64,000 bases of DNA. Origin: Alphaproteobacteria bacterium (GTDB taxonomy: Bacteria > Pseudomonadota > Alphaproteobacteria > CACIAM-22H2). The first letter of the stretch is position 1, and each line of letters opens with the position of its first letter. The notes below the pieces were generated by a model. That model was given only the letters and a program-made list of their open reading frames with translations, had not been told where the DNA came from and searched no databases. This document shows positions 12,971 through 22,733 of this stretch, piece by piece. Position numbers and translations under genes: made by a program. Where the stretch lies: the NCBI GenBank assembly GCA_035506575.1, contig DATJPD010000043.1:24051-88050 (forward strand), given 5' to 3'.

Positions 12971-13846
12971 TCAGGCCGGCGTATCCGGTGTACCCGGTGC
13001 CTTCGTCGCGACGCGGCGCACCCGGAGCTTCTTGAGGCGGCGCGGATCCGCGTCGAGCACCTCGAACTCGATCCCCGCCGGATGGACGATCACTTCGCCG
13101 CGGCTGGGCACGCGCCCGGCGCGCGCCACCACGAGCCCGCCCAGGGTATTCAGGTCGGCCCCACGCTCCTCGGCGGTGAGCACCGATCCGAATTTGGCCT
13201 CGAACTCCTCGAGCGGCAGGCGCGCATCGGCGAAAAACGCGCCGTGCGCATCGGGCGTGAGCCTCGGCGTCTCGTCCACGTCGTGCTCGTCCTCGATCTC
13301 GCCCACGATCTCCTCGACCAGGTTCTCGATCGTGACCAGGCCATCGATGCCGCCGTATTCGTCGACGACGAGCGCCATGTGCACGCGGCTCTTGCGCATC
13401 TCGAGCAGGAGGTCCAGCACGCGCATCGAGGGGGCCACGAACAGCACGCGCCTCAGGATGTCGTCGATCTTGAACGGACGGTCGCTGCCCCAGAACTGCA
13501 GCACGTCCTTGATGTGGATGAGGCCCACGATGTCGTCGAGGGTCTCGCGAAACACCGGAAGGCGCGAATGGGCCTCGTGGACCATCTTCTTCACGAGGTC
13601 GGGCAGCGGCGTGTCGTGCGCCACGGCGACGATGTCGGCGCGCGGCACCATGACGTCGTGGGCCGTGATCCCGCGAAGCTTGAAGATGTTGCGCAGCAGC
13701 TCGCGCTCGCGCACGCCGAAATCGGCCGGCAGCGCATCCGTGTCGGCGATCAGCCCCTCGATCGTCTCGCGCAGATCCCCGTCGCCGCGCGGACGGAAGA
13801 TCGCCCGGATGCGGTCGCCGATGCTGCGCGGACCCGCGTCGCTCAT
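12971..13846 (-). CDS. corC: CorC/HlyC-family Mg/Co efflux-associated protein (CBS pair + CorC_HlyC domain)
   Basis: start at MSDAGPRS (A at 13846); CBS domains (ITAHDVMVPRADIV...LPVFRE) and a transporter-associated C-terminus; the longer 451 aa ORF is an antisense/upstream artefact. Confidence 0.88.
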   Translation of the reverse strand: MSDAGPRSIGDRIRAIFRPRGDGDLRETIEGLIADTDALPADFGVRERELLRNIFKLRGITAHDVMVPRADIVAVAHDTPLPDLVKKMVHEAHSRLPVFRETLDDIVGLIHIKDVLQFWGSDRPFKIDDILRRVLFVAPSMRVLDLLLEMRKSRVHMALVVDEYGGIDGLVTIENLVEEIVGEIEDEHDVDETPRLTPDAHGAFFADARLPLEEFEAKFGSVLTAEERGADLNTLGGLVVARAGRVPSRGEVIVHPAGIEFEVLDADPRRLKKLRVRRVATKAPGTPDTPA

Positions 13847-13913
13847 GGGCCTTCGCTCCCATGGGAGCTTCGGCGCACGAGAGTGGTCCGCCGTAGCTTT
13901 AGCGAAGGCGGGC

Positions 13914-14519
13914 TCATGCAGTGGTCCGATAAGGATTGGCGATGCCCATGCGGCGCAGGATCTTCGCTTCCAGCGCCTCCATGCGCTCGGCCTCGGCGTC
14001 AACCTCGTGGTCATGGCCGAGCAGATGCAGCACGCCATGGACGACCAGGTGTGCGAGATGGGCCCGGAGGGTCTTCCCCTGTGCCGCCGCTTCGGTCGCG
14101 GCCACGCCGCACGCCACGACCACGTCCCCCAGCAGCACCGGAACGCCGGGCGGCAGCCGCGGCACCGGCCTTCCGTTCCGAGCGGGGCCGTTCCGAGCGG
14201 GGCCGTTCTGACTCGGAAACGACAGGACGTTGGTCGCCTTGTCCTGACCGCGCCAGTCGCGATTAAGCCTGCGGACGGCGCGATCATCGGCCAGGACGAC
14301 GTTGAGCTCGACGGTCCCGGTTCCAAGCGAACCGCCGGCCGGCGCGGCGGACAAGGCCTCGCGCCCGGCGCGGCGCGCCAGGGCTGCCGCCGCGCGCAGC
14401 CGTCGCGGCCATTCCGGCGCTTCGACTAGCACGGACACGTGCGGCGAAGCAGCACTCCGGCGCCCGCGTCCGGCGCCGGTCCCCCGCGCCCGCTGCCGCT
14501 TGGCGCGGGCCCTGCTCAT
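13914..14519 (-). CDS. ybeY: rRNA maturation RNase YbeY
   Basis: Zn motif HGVLHLLGHDH; ATGA start/stop overlap with phoH; contains an in-frame 15 nt tandem duplication. Confidence 0.85.
   Translation of the reverse strand: MSRARAKRQRARGTGAGRGRRSAASPHVSVLVEAPEWPRRLRAAAALARRAGREALSAAPAGGSLGTGTVELNVVLADDRAVRRLNRDWRGQDKATNVLSFPSQNGPARNGPARNGRPVPRLPPGVPVLLGDVVVACGVAATEAAAQGKTLRAHLAHLVVHGVLHLLGHDHEVDAEAERMEALEAKILRRMGIANPYRTTA
14171..14208. repeat. 15 bp tandem repeat (ccgttccgagcgggg x2.4) encoding NGPAR-NGPAR-NG inside ybeY
   Basis: direct repeat visible in the sequence; lies in the variable linker between LSFP and LLGDVV of YbeY. Confidence 0.8.
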
Positions 14520-15526
14520 CGCGCCTTGGGGGTGGTGGGGTCGGCCCGCCGCTTCACCTCGCGGGCGTCATAGGCGTTCACGATCTTTGTCACCAGCGGA
14601 TGGCGCACGACGTCCTGAGCGCCGAAGGTGACGATCGCGATGTCCTCGACGCGCTCCAGGGCATCGAGCGCGTCGCGCAGTCCCGAGCGCACGCCCGCCG
14701 GCAGATCGACCTGCGACAGGTCGCCGGTTACCACCATGCGGCTATTCTCGCCGAGCCGGGTCAAGAACATCTTCATCTGGACGGGCGTGGTGTTCTGCGC
14801 CTCGTCCAGGATGACGAACGCGTTGGCGAGCGTGCGGCCGCGCATGAAGGCGAGCGGGGCGATCTCGATCTCGCCCGACGCCAGGCGGCGCATCACCTGC
14901 TCGCCGGGCAGCATGTCATGCAGCGCGTCGTAAAGCGGGCGCAGGTACGGGTCGACCTTCTCGCGCAAATCGCCGGGCAGGAAACCGAGGCGCTCCCCGG
15001 CTTCGACCGCCGGCCGGGACAGGATGATGCGGTCGACACGCCCCGACGTCAGCTGATGAACCGCCTGTGCCACGGCGAGATAGGTCTTGCCGGTGCCGGC
15101 AGGGCCGATGCCGAAGACCAGCTCGCGATCGCGCAGCGCCTTGAGGTAATTGACCTGGCCAGGGGTGCGCGGCTGGATATGCCGCTTGCGGGTGCGGATC
15201 GCGAGGTCTTCGGCGCCGAACAGGTCGCGCGCCCCGGCTTCGTCATCGGCACTCACCATACGGAGTGCGGCATCCACCTCGCCGGCATCGACGGTGTGGC
15301 CGCGGCGCAGGCGGTCATAGAGAAAGAGGAGAGAATCCCGCGCCCGCTCGGCCGCCGACGGCGGCCCGGAGATGGCGACCCGGTTACCGCGCGACACGAC
15401 CGACACCCCGAGACGCTGTTCGATCCGCGCCAGATGGCGATCGTGCTCGCCGAACAGGAGCGGCAGCAACGTGTTGTCGTCGAACTGAAGATGAAGCGGC
15501 TGCGAAATTTCGACGGGCGGCCTCAA
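14516..15526 (-). CDS. ybeZ: PhoH-family ATPase
   Basis: 336 aa; Walker [19 protein letters not shown]; conserved miaB-phoH-ybeY-corC-lnt order. Confidence 0.9.
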   Translation of the reverse strand: MRPPVEISQPLHLQFDDNTLLPLLFGEHDRHLARIEQRLGVSVVSRGNRVAISGPPSAAERARDSLLFLYDRLRRGHTVDAGEVDAALRMVSADDEAGARDLFGAEDLAIRTRKRHIQPRTPGQVNYLKALRDRELVFGIGPAGTGKTYLAVAQAVHQLTSGRVDRIILSRPAVEAGERLGFLPGDLREKVDPYLRPLYDALHDMLPGEQVMRRLASGEIEIAPLAFMRGRTLANAFVILDEAQNTTPVQMKMFLTRLGENSRMVVTGDLSQVDLPAGVRSGLRDALDALERVEDIAIVTFGAQDVVRHPLVTKIVNAYDAREVKRRADPTTPKAR

Positions 15527-16962
15527 GCCGAAATCCTTTCCGGTGCAGCGAGCGGCCCTGACTCAGCGCCGCCGACCGGTGCTGCCGTCAGGCTGTTGGG
15601 GCCGACCGCGAGTATCCTCACATCGTGCACCGTGCCGATCCAGGCAGCAGGCGCCTGCGCGTGAACCGCCTGCAGGTACGGCGTGCGTCCGGCGATCTGG
15701 CCGGGGTGGCGCGCCGCGCGCTCGAACAGGACCGGCAGAACGCGCCCGACCATGCCGCGGTTAAAGCTCTCCTGCTGCGCGCGCAGCAGCGCCTGGAGCG
15801 TCTGCAGCCGCTCGTCCTTGAGCGCCTCGGGCACCTGCGCGTCGAGCAGGGCGGCGGGCGTGCCGGGGCGCGCGCTGAACTTGAAGGAGAAGGCGCTCGC
15901 GAAGGTGACCTCGCGGACCAGGTCCAAGGTCGCCTCGAAATCGGCATCCGTCTCACCCGGGAAGCCGACGATGATGTCGGTCGAGAGTGCCAGGTCCGGC
16001 CGTGCCGCGCGCAGCCGGTCGATGGTGCGCCGATACTCGGCTACGTCATGACCGCGGTTCATGGCGGACAGGATACGGTCCGATCCCGACTGCACCGGCA
16101 GATGCAGGAACGGCATCAGCTTCGCCTCGTCGCGATGGCAGGCGATCAGCGCGTCATCGACGTCGCGCGGGTGCGAGGTCGTGTAGCGGATGCGGGCGAG
16201 GCCGTCGATGCGGGCCAGGCGCCGGATCAGGCCGGCTAGGCCCACGACCGTGCCCGCCTCTTCTTGGCCGTGATAGGCGTTCACGTTCTGGCCGAGCAGG
16301 GTGAGCTCGGCCGCACCGCGGGCCACGAGGGCGCGTGCCTCGGCCTCGACCGCCGCGACCGAGCGCGAATATTCCGGGCCGCGCGTGTAAGGAACGACGC
16401 AGAACGTGCAGAACTTGTCGCAGCCTTCCTGGACGGTCAGGAACGCCGTAACCGCGGGCACCTCGCCCCCGGCCGAGGCCGTTCCGACGGCTGCCGGCAG
16501 TGGCAACGAATCGAATTTCGGCTCCGGGGGAAACTCCGTATCGAGCGCCGTGCCGGCGCCGCGAGCGACACGAGCCACCATCTCGGGAAGGCGATGATAG
16601 GTCTGCGGCCCGAACACCATGTCGACATAAGGAGCGCGCCGCAAAATCTCCTCGCCCTCGGCCTGCGCCACGCAGCCGGCGACGGCGACCAGCGGCCCGC
16701 CGGCCCGCTCAGCGGCATGGCCTCGTGACGCCTTCAGCAGCTGCAGACGGCCGAGGTCGGAATAGACCTTTTCCGCCGCCTTTTCGCGAATGTGGCAGGT
16801 GTTGAGAATGATGAGATCGGCCGCGGCCGCGTCATCGACCGGCTGATAGCCGAGCGGCGCCAGGACATCCGCCATGCGGGCGGAGTCGTAGACATTCATC
16901 TGGCAACCATATGATTTGATGAAAAGTTTTTTGCTCAAAGCGGGGGTCGCAAGGAGTGCCAA
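15523..16962 (-). CDS. miaB: tRNA-i6A37 methylthiotransferase MiaB
   Basis: 479 aa; [18 protein letters not shown]-terminus; radical-SAM CxxxCxxC ([12 protein letters not shown]); TRAM C-terminus. Confidence 0.95.
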   Translation of the reverse strand: MALLATPALSKKLFIKSYGCQMNVYDSARMADVLAPLGYQPVDDAAAADLIILNTCHIREKAAEKVYSDLGRLQLLKASRGHAAERAGGPLVAVAGCVAQAEGEEILRRAPYVDMVFGPQTYHRLPEMVARVARGAGTALDTEFPPEPKFDSLPLPAAVGTASAGGEVPAVTAFLTVQEGCDKFCTFCVVPYTRGPEYSRSVAAVEAEARALVARGAAELTLLGQNVNAYHGQEEAGTVVGLAGLIRRLARIDGLARIRYTTSHPRDVDDALIACHRDEAKLMPFLHLPVQSGSDRILSAMNRGHDVAEYRRTIDRLRAARPDLALSTDIIVGFPGETDADFEATLDLVREVTFASAFSFKFSARPGTPAALLDAQVPEALKDERLQTLQALLRAQQESFNRGMVGRVLPVLFERAARHPGQIAGRTPYLQAVHAQAPAAWIGTVHDVRILAVGPNSLTAAPVGGAESGPLAAPERISA

Positions 16963-17042
16963 TTCTCGAATCGGCCGGCCCTTAACGTGCTAGCGCCCCT
17001 CCCCCCTGTCAAGGCAGCCCCATAGACCTGAGACACGGGGGT

Positions 17043-17879
17043 CTATCCGACGGGTGCAGCAGCCGGTGCCGCGGACAAAGCCGGCAACCGGTCGCGCACC
17101 CGCCCGCTATTCGCCGCTTCGAGGCCGGCGGCGATGACCCGCTGACAATGCGCCGCGAGTGCTTTGCGCGAGCCTGCCTCGGCGAGCGTCACCGGCGGAT
17201 GAAAGATCAGGGTCACCGTGACCCGGCCCAGTCCCAGTACGTGCCAAAGGTGCGGGGCCAGATCCATCGCACCATACCAGGCAAACAAGGGACGCCATTG
17301 CCGGCCGATCGGCATGCCGTCCAGGCGCGTGTAGGCGACCGATACCGGCTGAACCAATAGCGGCCTGCCGTGTGACGAGCGCTCGGCGACACTGAACAGC
17401 GAGCTCTTGAACGGCTTGACGCGATTGCCGTCACCGCTGGTTCCCTCGGCGAACAGTACGAGGCTCTCTCCTTCGTCCAGCCGCTGCGCCAGCCCGTCGC
17501 GCTCCTCGGCAACGCCGTTCGAGCGCCGCTCGATGAACACCGTGCGCTGCAGCCGCGCCAGCCAGCCGAACAACGGCCAGCTCGCCACCTCGCGCTTGGC
17601 AACGAAGCAGCAACCGGGGACCGCGGCGGACAGCACTTCGATGTCGAGATACGAGACATGGTTGGCGACGAACAGCGTGGGCACCATGGGCGAGACGGCG
17701 CCCAGCGTCTCGAGCTCGAGCCCCAAGATCCGGCAGACGATGCGGTGATAGCGGTGCGGCAGTCGGCGGGCCAGGGGTGAGCCCACGGCAAGCAGCAGCG
17801 CCTGCACCGGCATCAGCGAAAACGTCAGCAGCAAATACGCGACAAGACGGGCAAGCGCGCGCGGAACGGAATGGCCCAT
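17043..17879 (-). CDS. olsA: lysophospholipid (PlsC-family) O-acyltransferase, probable ornithine-lipid OlsA
   Basis: PlsC motifs VANHVSYLDIEVL and FAEGTS; immediately downstream of an OlsB-like gene. Confidence 0.7.
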   Translation of the reverse strand: MGHSVPRALARLVAYLLLTFSLMPVQALLLAVGSPLARRLPHRYHRIVCRILGLELETLGAVSPMVPTLFVANHVSYLDIEVLSAAVPGCCFVAKREVASWPLFGWLARLQRTVFIERRSNGVAEERDGLAQRLDEGESLVLFAEGTSGDGNRVKPFKSSLFSVAERSSHGRPLLVQPVSVAYTRLDGMPIGRQWRPLFAWYGAMDLAPHLWHVLGLGRVTVTLIFHPPVTLAEAGSRKALAAHCQRVIAAGLEAANSGRVRDRLPALSAAPAAAPVG

Positions 17880-17896
17880 GACCGGCCGCGTGCGTC

Positions 17897-18784
17897 CTAG
17901 TCGCCGTCAGCGAGTTTGTCGCCGCCCGCCATTCGCCGACGATAGTGGTTGAAATATTTGTCCGTCACGCGGTCGGTCACGACGATGATGCACACGTCGG
18001 TCGTGTTGAATTGCGGGTCGATCACGGCCCCCTCGCCGACGAGACCACCCAGGCGCAGATAGCCCTTGATCAGCGGCGGCAGGGCGGCGAGTGCGGCCCG
18101 CGCATCGAGCTGTGCGACCGCCGTCTCGGTGTCGATCTCGGCGGGTGTGAGCCGGTTCATCTCCACGTAGCGGTCCGGCAGCGCGCGGGCGCGCAGCGAC
18201 GGCGGCGCCAGGTGATAGTGATAGAGATACGAGAGCGAGGGGGCCAACACGTCCGGCTCGGTGCCCGGGAGGCTCGCGCACCCGAACATGACGCGAACGT
18301 CATGCTGGACGACGTAGCTCGCAATACCCTGCCAGAGCAGCTGCATGGTCGGACGGGTGCGATATTCGGCGTCGACACACGAGCGGCCGAGCTCGAGCAC
18401 CGGGCCCGGGACCGCGAGCAGCGGAGCGATGTCGAATTCCGTCTGCGTGTAGAATCCGCCGGCGCGGGCCGCGGGCTCGCGCCGCAACAGGCGGTAGGTT
18501 CCGACCACGCCGGCGGCGCGGTCGCCCCGCTTATGGTCGATCACCAGCAAGTGGTCGCACCAGGCGTCGAAGCGGTCGGCGTCCCGGCGCCGCGCGTTGG
18601 CCTCCGCGCTCGGGCGGGCCTGCATCTCCTCGTAGAACACGCGATAGCGGAGCGCCTGGGCCGCGTCGATCTCGGCCTCGGTCGCCGCCAGCCGCACCTC
18701 CATGGTGCCGGAGGTGATCCCGCCGGATGGTCCTGCGCCCAGCAATGCGGGCGCACCCAGATGCGATGCGCGATCGATCATCAT
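17897..18784 (-). CDS. olsB: GNAT-fold hemolysin-like N-acyltransferase, probable ornithine N-acyltransferase OlsB
   Basis: 295 aa protein of the size and composition of the OlsB family, directly upstream of the PlsC-like gene (olsBA arrangement); the true start may be MEVRLAA at 18703. Confidence 0.65.
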   Translation of the reverse strand: MMIDRASHLGAPALLGAGPSGGITSGTMEVRLAATEAEIDAAQALRYRVFYEEMQARPSAEANARRRDADRFDAWCDHLLVIDHKRGDRAAGVVGTYRLLRREPAARAGGFYTQTEFDIAPLLAVPGPVLELGRSCVDAEYRTRPTMQLLWQGIASYVVQHDVRVMFGCASLPGTEPDVLAPSLSYLYHYHLAPPSLRARALPDRYVEMNRLTPAEIDTETAVAQLDARAALAALPPLIKGYLRLGGLVGEGAVIDPQFNTTDVCIIVVTDRVTDKYFNHYRRRMAGGDKLADGD

Positions 18785-19227
18785 GGTTTCTTGCCCCGTG
18801 CCGCCTGATTTTGAGACGCGCCGTCGATGCGCGTGCCAAACAGCTCCAGCCGATGCCCGACCAGCCGGTAGCCCAGCTCGCGCGCAATCTCGTCCTGCAA
18901 AGCCTCGATACGGGAATTCTGAAACTCGATCACCTCGCCGGTCTTGATGTCGATGAGGTGATCGTGGTGATGCTCGTCGGCCTCCTCGTAACGCGCCCGG
19001 CCGTCACCGAAGTCGTGGCGGGTGATGATGCTTGCTTCCTCGAGGAGGCGCACCGTCCGGTACACGGTCGCGATGCTGATGCGGGGATCGATCGCCGCCG
19101 CGCGGCGATAGACCTGCTCGACGTCGGGATGGTCGCTCGCGTCGGAGAGAACGCGCGCGATGATCCGGCGCTGGCCGGTCATCTTCAGGCCTTTATCGAT
19201 GCACAGCTGCTCGATCCGCGAGGGCAT
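18781..19227 (-). CDS. fur: ferric uptake regulator family protein (Fur/Mur)
   Basis: 148 aa; DNA-binding helix ATVYRTVRLLEEASII and metal site HHHDHLIDIKTGEVIEF, as in E. coli Fur; sits at the conserved tsaB-rimI-fur locus. Confidence 0.9.
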   Translation of the reverse strand: MPSRIEQLCIDKGLKMTGQRRIIARVLSDASDHPDVEQVYRRAAAIDPRISIATVYRTVRLLEEASIITRHDFGDGRARYEEADEHHHDHLIDIKTGEVIEFQNSRIEALQDEIARELGYRLVGHRLELFGTRIDGASQNQAARGKKP

Positions 19228-19346
19228 GGGGCCGACGGTACTCGGAGGTTCGAATCCGCGGGACTATAGACCAAACGGGCCGGCAATCCTACCGGCGTCG
19301 CCGGCCCGGCGGCCGAGCCCTGGGCATGCGTCGCCGCGGCGGTGAA

Positions 19347-19760
19347 TCAGCCGCGGCGGCGCTTGCTCTTGGTGCCAAGCCCGAGATCGCGGGCGAGCTG
19401 GCTGCGCTGCTTGGCATAGTTCGGCGCCACCATCGGATAATCCGGTGGCAGGCTCCACCGCTCGCGATACTGCTCGGGCGTCAGGTTGTAGGCGGTCTTC
19501 AAATGACGCTTCAGCATCTTCAGCTTCTTGCCGTCCTCGAGACAGACGATGTAGTCGGGCAGCACCGACTTCTTGACGGGCACCGCGGGTTGCGGACGCA
19601 CCCCGGCCGCAGAACTCGATCCGACGCCGGAGAGCGCCTGGTGGACCTGATGGATCAGTCCCGGCAGGTCGCTCAAAGGCACTGTGTTGTTGGAGACGTG
19701 AGCCGCGACGATCTTTGCCGTCAGCGCCAGAATGTCTTCTGTCTTCGTGGCGTCCGTCAT
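19347..19760 (-). CDS. mucR: MucR/Ros-family zinc-finger transcriptional regulator
   Basis: 137 aa; Ros/MucR signature PDYIVCLEDGKKLKMLKRHLKTAYNLTPEQYRERW. Confidence 0.9.
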   Translation of the reverse strand: MTDATKTEDILALTAKIVAAHVSNNTVPLSDLPGLIHQVHQALSGVGSSSAAGVRPQPAVPVKKSVLPDYIVCLEDGKKLKMLKRHLKTAYNLTPEQYRERWSLPPDYPMVAPNYAKQRSQLARDLGLGTKSKRRRG

Positions 19761-19962
19761 GGGTCCGCAACTGTTGTGTTCGGGGAGCTGGAGCTGAGAA
19801 AAGCGAACAGAGGAAAGCTCGACGACTATAATTAGTCTTTCCTTGTTTGCAATAGAGCGCGGCCGTATTCGCGTGAATGATTATTTTTGTGGGGCGAGAT
19901 TTCCGACTAACCAAGTCAAACTTCCACTCATCGTGTAACAATTGTAGGCAGCCCGGGGGCGA

Positions 19963-20433
19963 TCAGCGGCCGAGGTCGCAGGAGAGCTCCAAGGCCGCAA
20001 TCGGCACGCGGTTCGGTCCGCGGTAATAGTCGGGCCGGCGCCGGCCGGCCACGAAGCCGCGCGCGGCATACAGCGCTTGGGCCGCCCCGTTCGTCTCCGC
20101 GACCTCCAGAAACAGGCGGCGGGCGCCGCTCGCGCGCGCGCGCTCCATGACCTCGTCGAGAAGGGCGGCCCCCACCCCGCGGCGGCGCTCCTCCGGCAGC
20201 ACGCACAACGTCAGAAGCTCGGCATCGTCGCCGGTCCGGCGCGCCAGCGCGAAGCCGAGGGGGCGGCCTGCGCTCTCCTCGTCCGCCTCCACGGCCAGAT
20301 ACGCGAACGCACCCGGCGATCCCAGCACCTCGCCGATCGCCTGGGCCGACCATGTGTCCTCGAAGCAGCGGCCGTGCAAGGCCGCCAGCACGGCCGCGTG
20401 GGCCACGCCGGCGCTGGCCAACTGGAACCTCAT
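19963..20433 (-). CDS. rimI: ribosomal-protein-alanine N-acetyltransferase (GNAT)
   Basis: 156 aa GNAT; 4 nt overlap with tsaB. Confidence 0.85.
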   Translation of the reverse strand: MRFQLASAGVAHAAVLAALHGRCFEDTWSAQAIGEVLGSPGAFAYLAVEADEESAGRPLGFALARRTGDDAELLTLCVLPEERRRGVGAALLDEVMERARASGARRLFLEVAETNGAAQALYAARGFVAGRRRPDYYRGPNRVPIAALELSCDLGR

Positions 20434-21137
20434 GCCGGAGCGCGCCGCATGGTCTTTGCCGTGGTCGTGGCGACCGGATGGACATAGACCGGCGCCGGAA
20501 ATCCCGTGGGCAGCGGAGCGGCCGCAGCCAACGCGGCGACCACGGCGGCATCCGGGCGCGGCGGCGCCCGCGAGCGGCGCACGCCGCCGCCGCGCGCCGC
20601 GATCTCCGCCGCCAGTCCGTCGCCAGCGTCGCCTGCGACCAGGACCGGGCGACCCGGATCGTGCCGCAGCAGCTCCTCGGCATAATCCGACGCCAGTCGG
20701 GCCACGGCTTGCGTCGCCGGACGCCGGTCGGCGCTGAAGGTCTGTAGGTAGGGTTCGGCCCGCTTCGAGTCGAGCGCCACGACCAGCAGCGATGTCGCGA
20801 ACTCGTCATCCGGCACGGCGGCCGCTATGGCCGTGAGCGTCGAGATCCCGATGAGCGGCCGGCCGGCCGCAAGGGCCAGGCCGCGCGCCGCCGCCAGTCC
20901 CACGCGCAAGCCCGTGAAATGGCCGGGGCCCACCGTGACCGCGAGGCGATCGAATGCCTGAAACGCAAGTCCGGACGCGGCGCGCACACGCTCGACCATG
21001 GGCATCAACGCTTCGGCCTGTCCGCGCGGCAGATCGGCGCGCTCGACGGCCACCACGCAGCCGTCGACCCACACCGCGACCGAACACGCAGCGGTCGCGG
21101 AATCGAGGGCCAGGATCTTCACGTCAGTGCCTCGCAC
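20430..21137 (-). CDS. tsaB: tRNA t6A37 biosynthesis protein TsaB (YeaZ)
   Basis: KILALDSATAACSVAV...TVGPGHFTGLRVGLAAARGLA. Confidence 0.85.
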   Translation of the reverse strand: MRGTDVKILALDSATAACSVAVWVDGCVVAVERADLPRGQAEALMPMVERVRAASGLAFQAFDRLAVTVGPGHFTGLRVGLAAARGLALAAGRPLIGISTLTAIAAAVPDDEFATSLLVVALDSKRAEPYLQTFSADRRPATQAVARLASDYAEELLRHDPGRPVLVAGDAGDGLAAEIAARGGGVRRSRAPPRPDAAVVAALAAAAPLPTGFPAPVYVHPVATTTAKTMRRAPA

Positions 21138-21169
21138 GCGGGCCCCGGCAATGGTACAAGCCGGACATC

Positions 21170-21724
21170 ATGACGCTCGCCGCCATCGCCCCGCCGGATT
21201 ACGACGTCGACCTCGAGATCGCCTACGCGACGCAGCACAACTTCACCGGAGCTCCGATCTACAAGCGGGCCGCCGCTTACCTGCACCCGGAGGCGGCGGC
21301 AGCCCTCGCGCGGGCCATCGCACTGGCCGCCGCGATCGGACTTCGGTTTCGCATCTACGATGCGTTCCGGCCGACCGAGGCGCAGTGGAAGATGTGGAAC
21401 CATACGCCCGATCCAGAGTTCCTCGCCGACCCGCGGCGCGGCTCGCCGCACTCGCGCGGTGTGGCCGTCGACGTCACGTTGCTCGCCCGGGACGGCACGG
21501 CGCTCGATATGGGAACGCCGTTCGACTCGTTCCGTCCGCAGTCACACCACGGGGCGACGGACGTCCCTGCGGAAGCGCAGCGCAACCGCTTCCTCCTGCT
21601 CGGACTCATGTCGGCCGCCGGCTGGGATTTCTACCGCAACGAATGGTGGCACTACCAGCTTTTCGAGCCGCGGCGGTTCCCGCTGCTGTCGGATGCGGCG
21701 CTCGAGCCCCCGCTGATGCGGTGA
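21170..21724 (+). CDS. D-alanyl-D-alanine dipeptidase (VanX-like, peptidase M15D)
   Basis: start MTLAAIAPP at 21170; motifs SPHSRGVAVDVT and EWWHY; divergent from tsaB. Confidence 0.85.
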   Translation: MTLAAIAPPDYDVDLEIAYATQHNFTGAPIYKRAAAYLHPEAAAALARAIALAAAIGLRFRIYDAFRPTEAQWKMWNHTPDPEFLADPRRGSPHSRGVAVDVTLLARDGTALDMGTPFDSFRPQSHHGATDVPAEAQRNRFLLLGLMSAAGWDFYRNEWWHYQLFEPRRFPLLSDAALEPPLMR

Positions 21725-21734
21725 GCGGGCCGGT

Positions 21735-22679
21735 TCAGAACCCGGCCAATTGCGGCCCGCTGTCAAGCCGCGCCGCGTCCAGGGGCAGCAGCTTGTTGGC
21801 GCGGATCAACCCGCGCACGTCCTTGACGTAATCCATCTTGCGCTCCGAATAGCGCACGAGGGTGAGCGCCAGCTCATAGCCGTTCAACGGCTTGTCGTGC
21901 TCCCGCATGGCCGCGCGCCGCGTCCGGAACCGCTCGTAGGCCTTGTGCGTATTGAGGTTCAGCTCATACGCGCGGACAGCATGCGCGAGACGCTCGAACC
22001 GGCGCACCTCGGCGCGTTCGCCGTCATCCGAAAAGATCATCTGACCGAACATCGCCTGGCCGCGGGCGGCGGCACTGGTCCCCCAGCCGGTCTCGAGCGC
22101 CGCCTGCCCGATCGCCAGCGATGGCGGGACAACGTCCACCCGTTCGACGAGGAGCTCCATCGTATCGGCGAGCTCGTCGGCGTCGTACTCGACATCGTAG
22201 CGGTCGGCCATGGCTTGCAGCCAGATGCGGTCGGTCTCGGTCAGAGGACCGCCTGCACGCAGGTACTCCTGCAATCGTAGCAGATGCTTGCGCTCGGCCG
22301 CGATCCGTTCGTTCTCGGCCAGGATGAGCGGCAGCAGGACCTTCACGAACCGCTCCTTGCGAACCTCGGGCGAATCGAGGGTCCTGAGTTCGGCCGGCAC
22401 ACGCGCCAGGAACAGGCGCGGCACGGCGGCGCCGTCATCGCGAACGGCATCGAGCGCGTAGTCGGGAATCGGCGCCCCGTCGCGTGCTGGCTGCGTGTCT
22501 TCGTCGCGCGTCACGTCCGGCAGCGACGTAGAAAACAGCGCAGCGAAGCCGCGGCTCTGGTTGAAGGATGCAGAAGTCGGGCGGTCAGCAAGGCTGCTGC
22601 CGCACAGCAGCACAGCCATGGCACAGCTTCCAATGCGAAGCGCATACTTCATGCGCACGAGCGATCCAACCGGCGTCAT
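21735..22679 (-). CDS. Bax/FlgJ-like glucosaminidase-domain protein
   Basis: glucosaminidase motif AIGQAALETGWGTS; probable signal peptide MKYALRIGSCAMAVLLCGSSLA (alternative start at 22652). Confidence 0.75.
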   Translation of the reverse strand: MTPVGSLVRMKYALRIGSCAMAVLLCGSSLADRPTSASFNQSRGFAALFSTSLPDVTRDEDTQPARDGAPIPDYALDAVRDDGAAVPRLFLARVPAELRTLDSPEVRKERFVKVLLPLILAENERIAAERKHLLRLQEYLRAGGPLTETDRIWLQAMADRYDVEYDADELADTMELLVERVDVVPPSLAIGQAALETGWGTSAAARGQAMFGQMIFSDDGERAEVRRFERLAHAVRAYELNLNTHKAYERFRTRRAAMREHDKPLNGYELALTLVRYSERKMDYVKDVRGLIRANKLLPLDAARLDSGPQLAGF

Positions 22680-22733
22680 CGTCGGCCCCCGTCTCGACAG
22701 CAGTGAATGATTCAGTGGACAGCCAAGAACGCG

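Noticed and set aside
12971-14326. 451 aa ORF suggesting a much longer CorC or a fusion with ybeY-antisense sequence
   Set aside because: The first 160 residues are antisense to ybeY and compositionally junk. A canonical CorC start (MSDAG, about 291 aa) lies at 13846.
18781-19227. Irr (haem-responsive Fur homolog) instead of Fur
   Set aside because: The HHHDH motif is also present in bona fide Fur (E. coli HHHDHLIC). The gene occupies the conserved rimI-fur position. No haem-regulatory CP motif is seen.
19240-19270. GGTTCGAATCC T-loop-like motif suggesting a tRNA or tRNA-derived att site in the fur leader
   Set aside because: The flanking bases cannot form the T stem (GGAGG versus CCGCG). 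No acceptor or anticodon arms can be drawn. It is an isolated 11-mer match.
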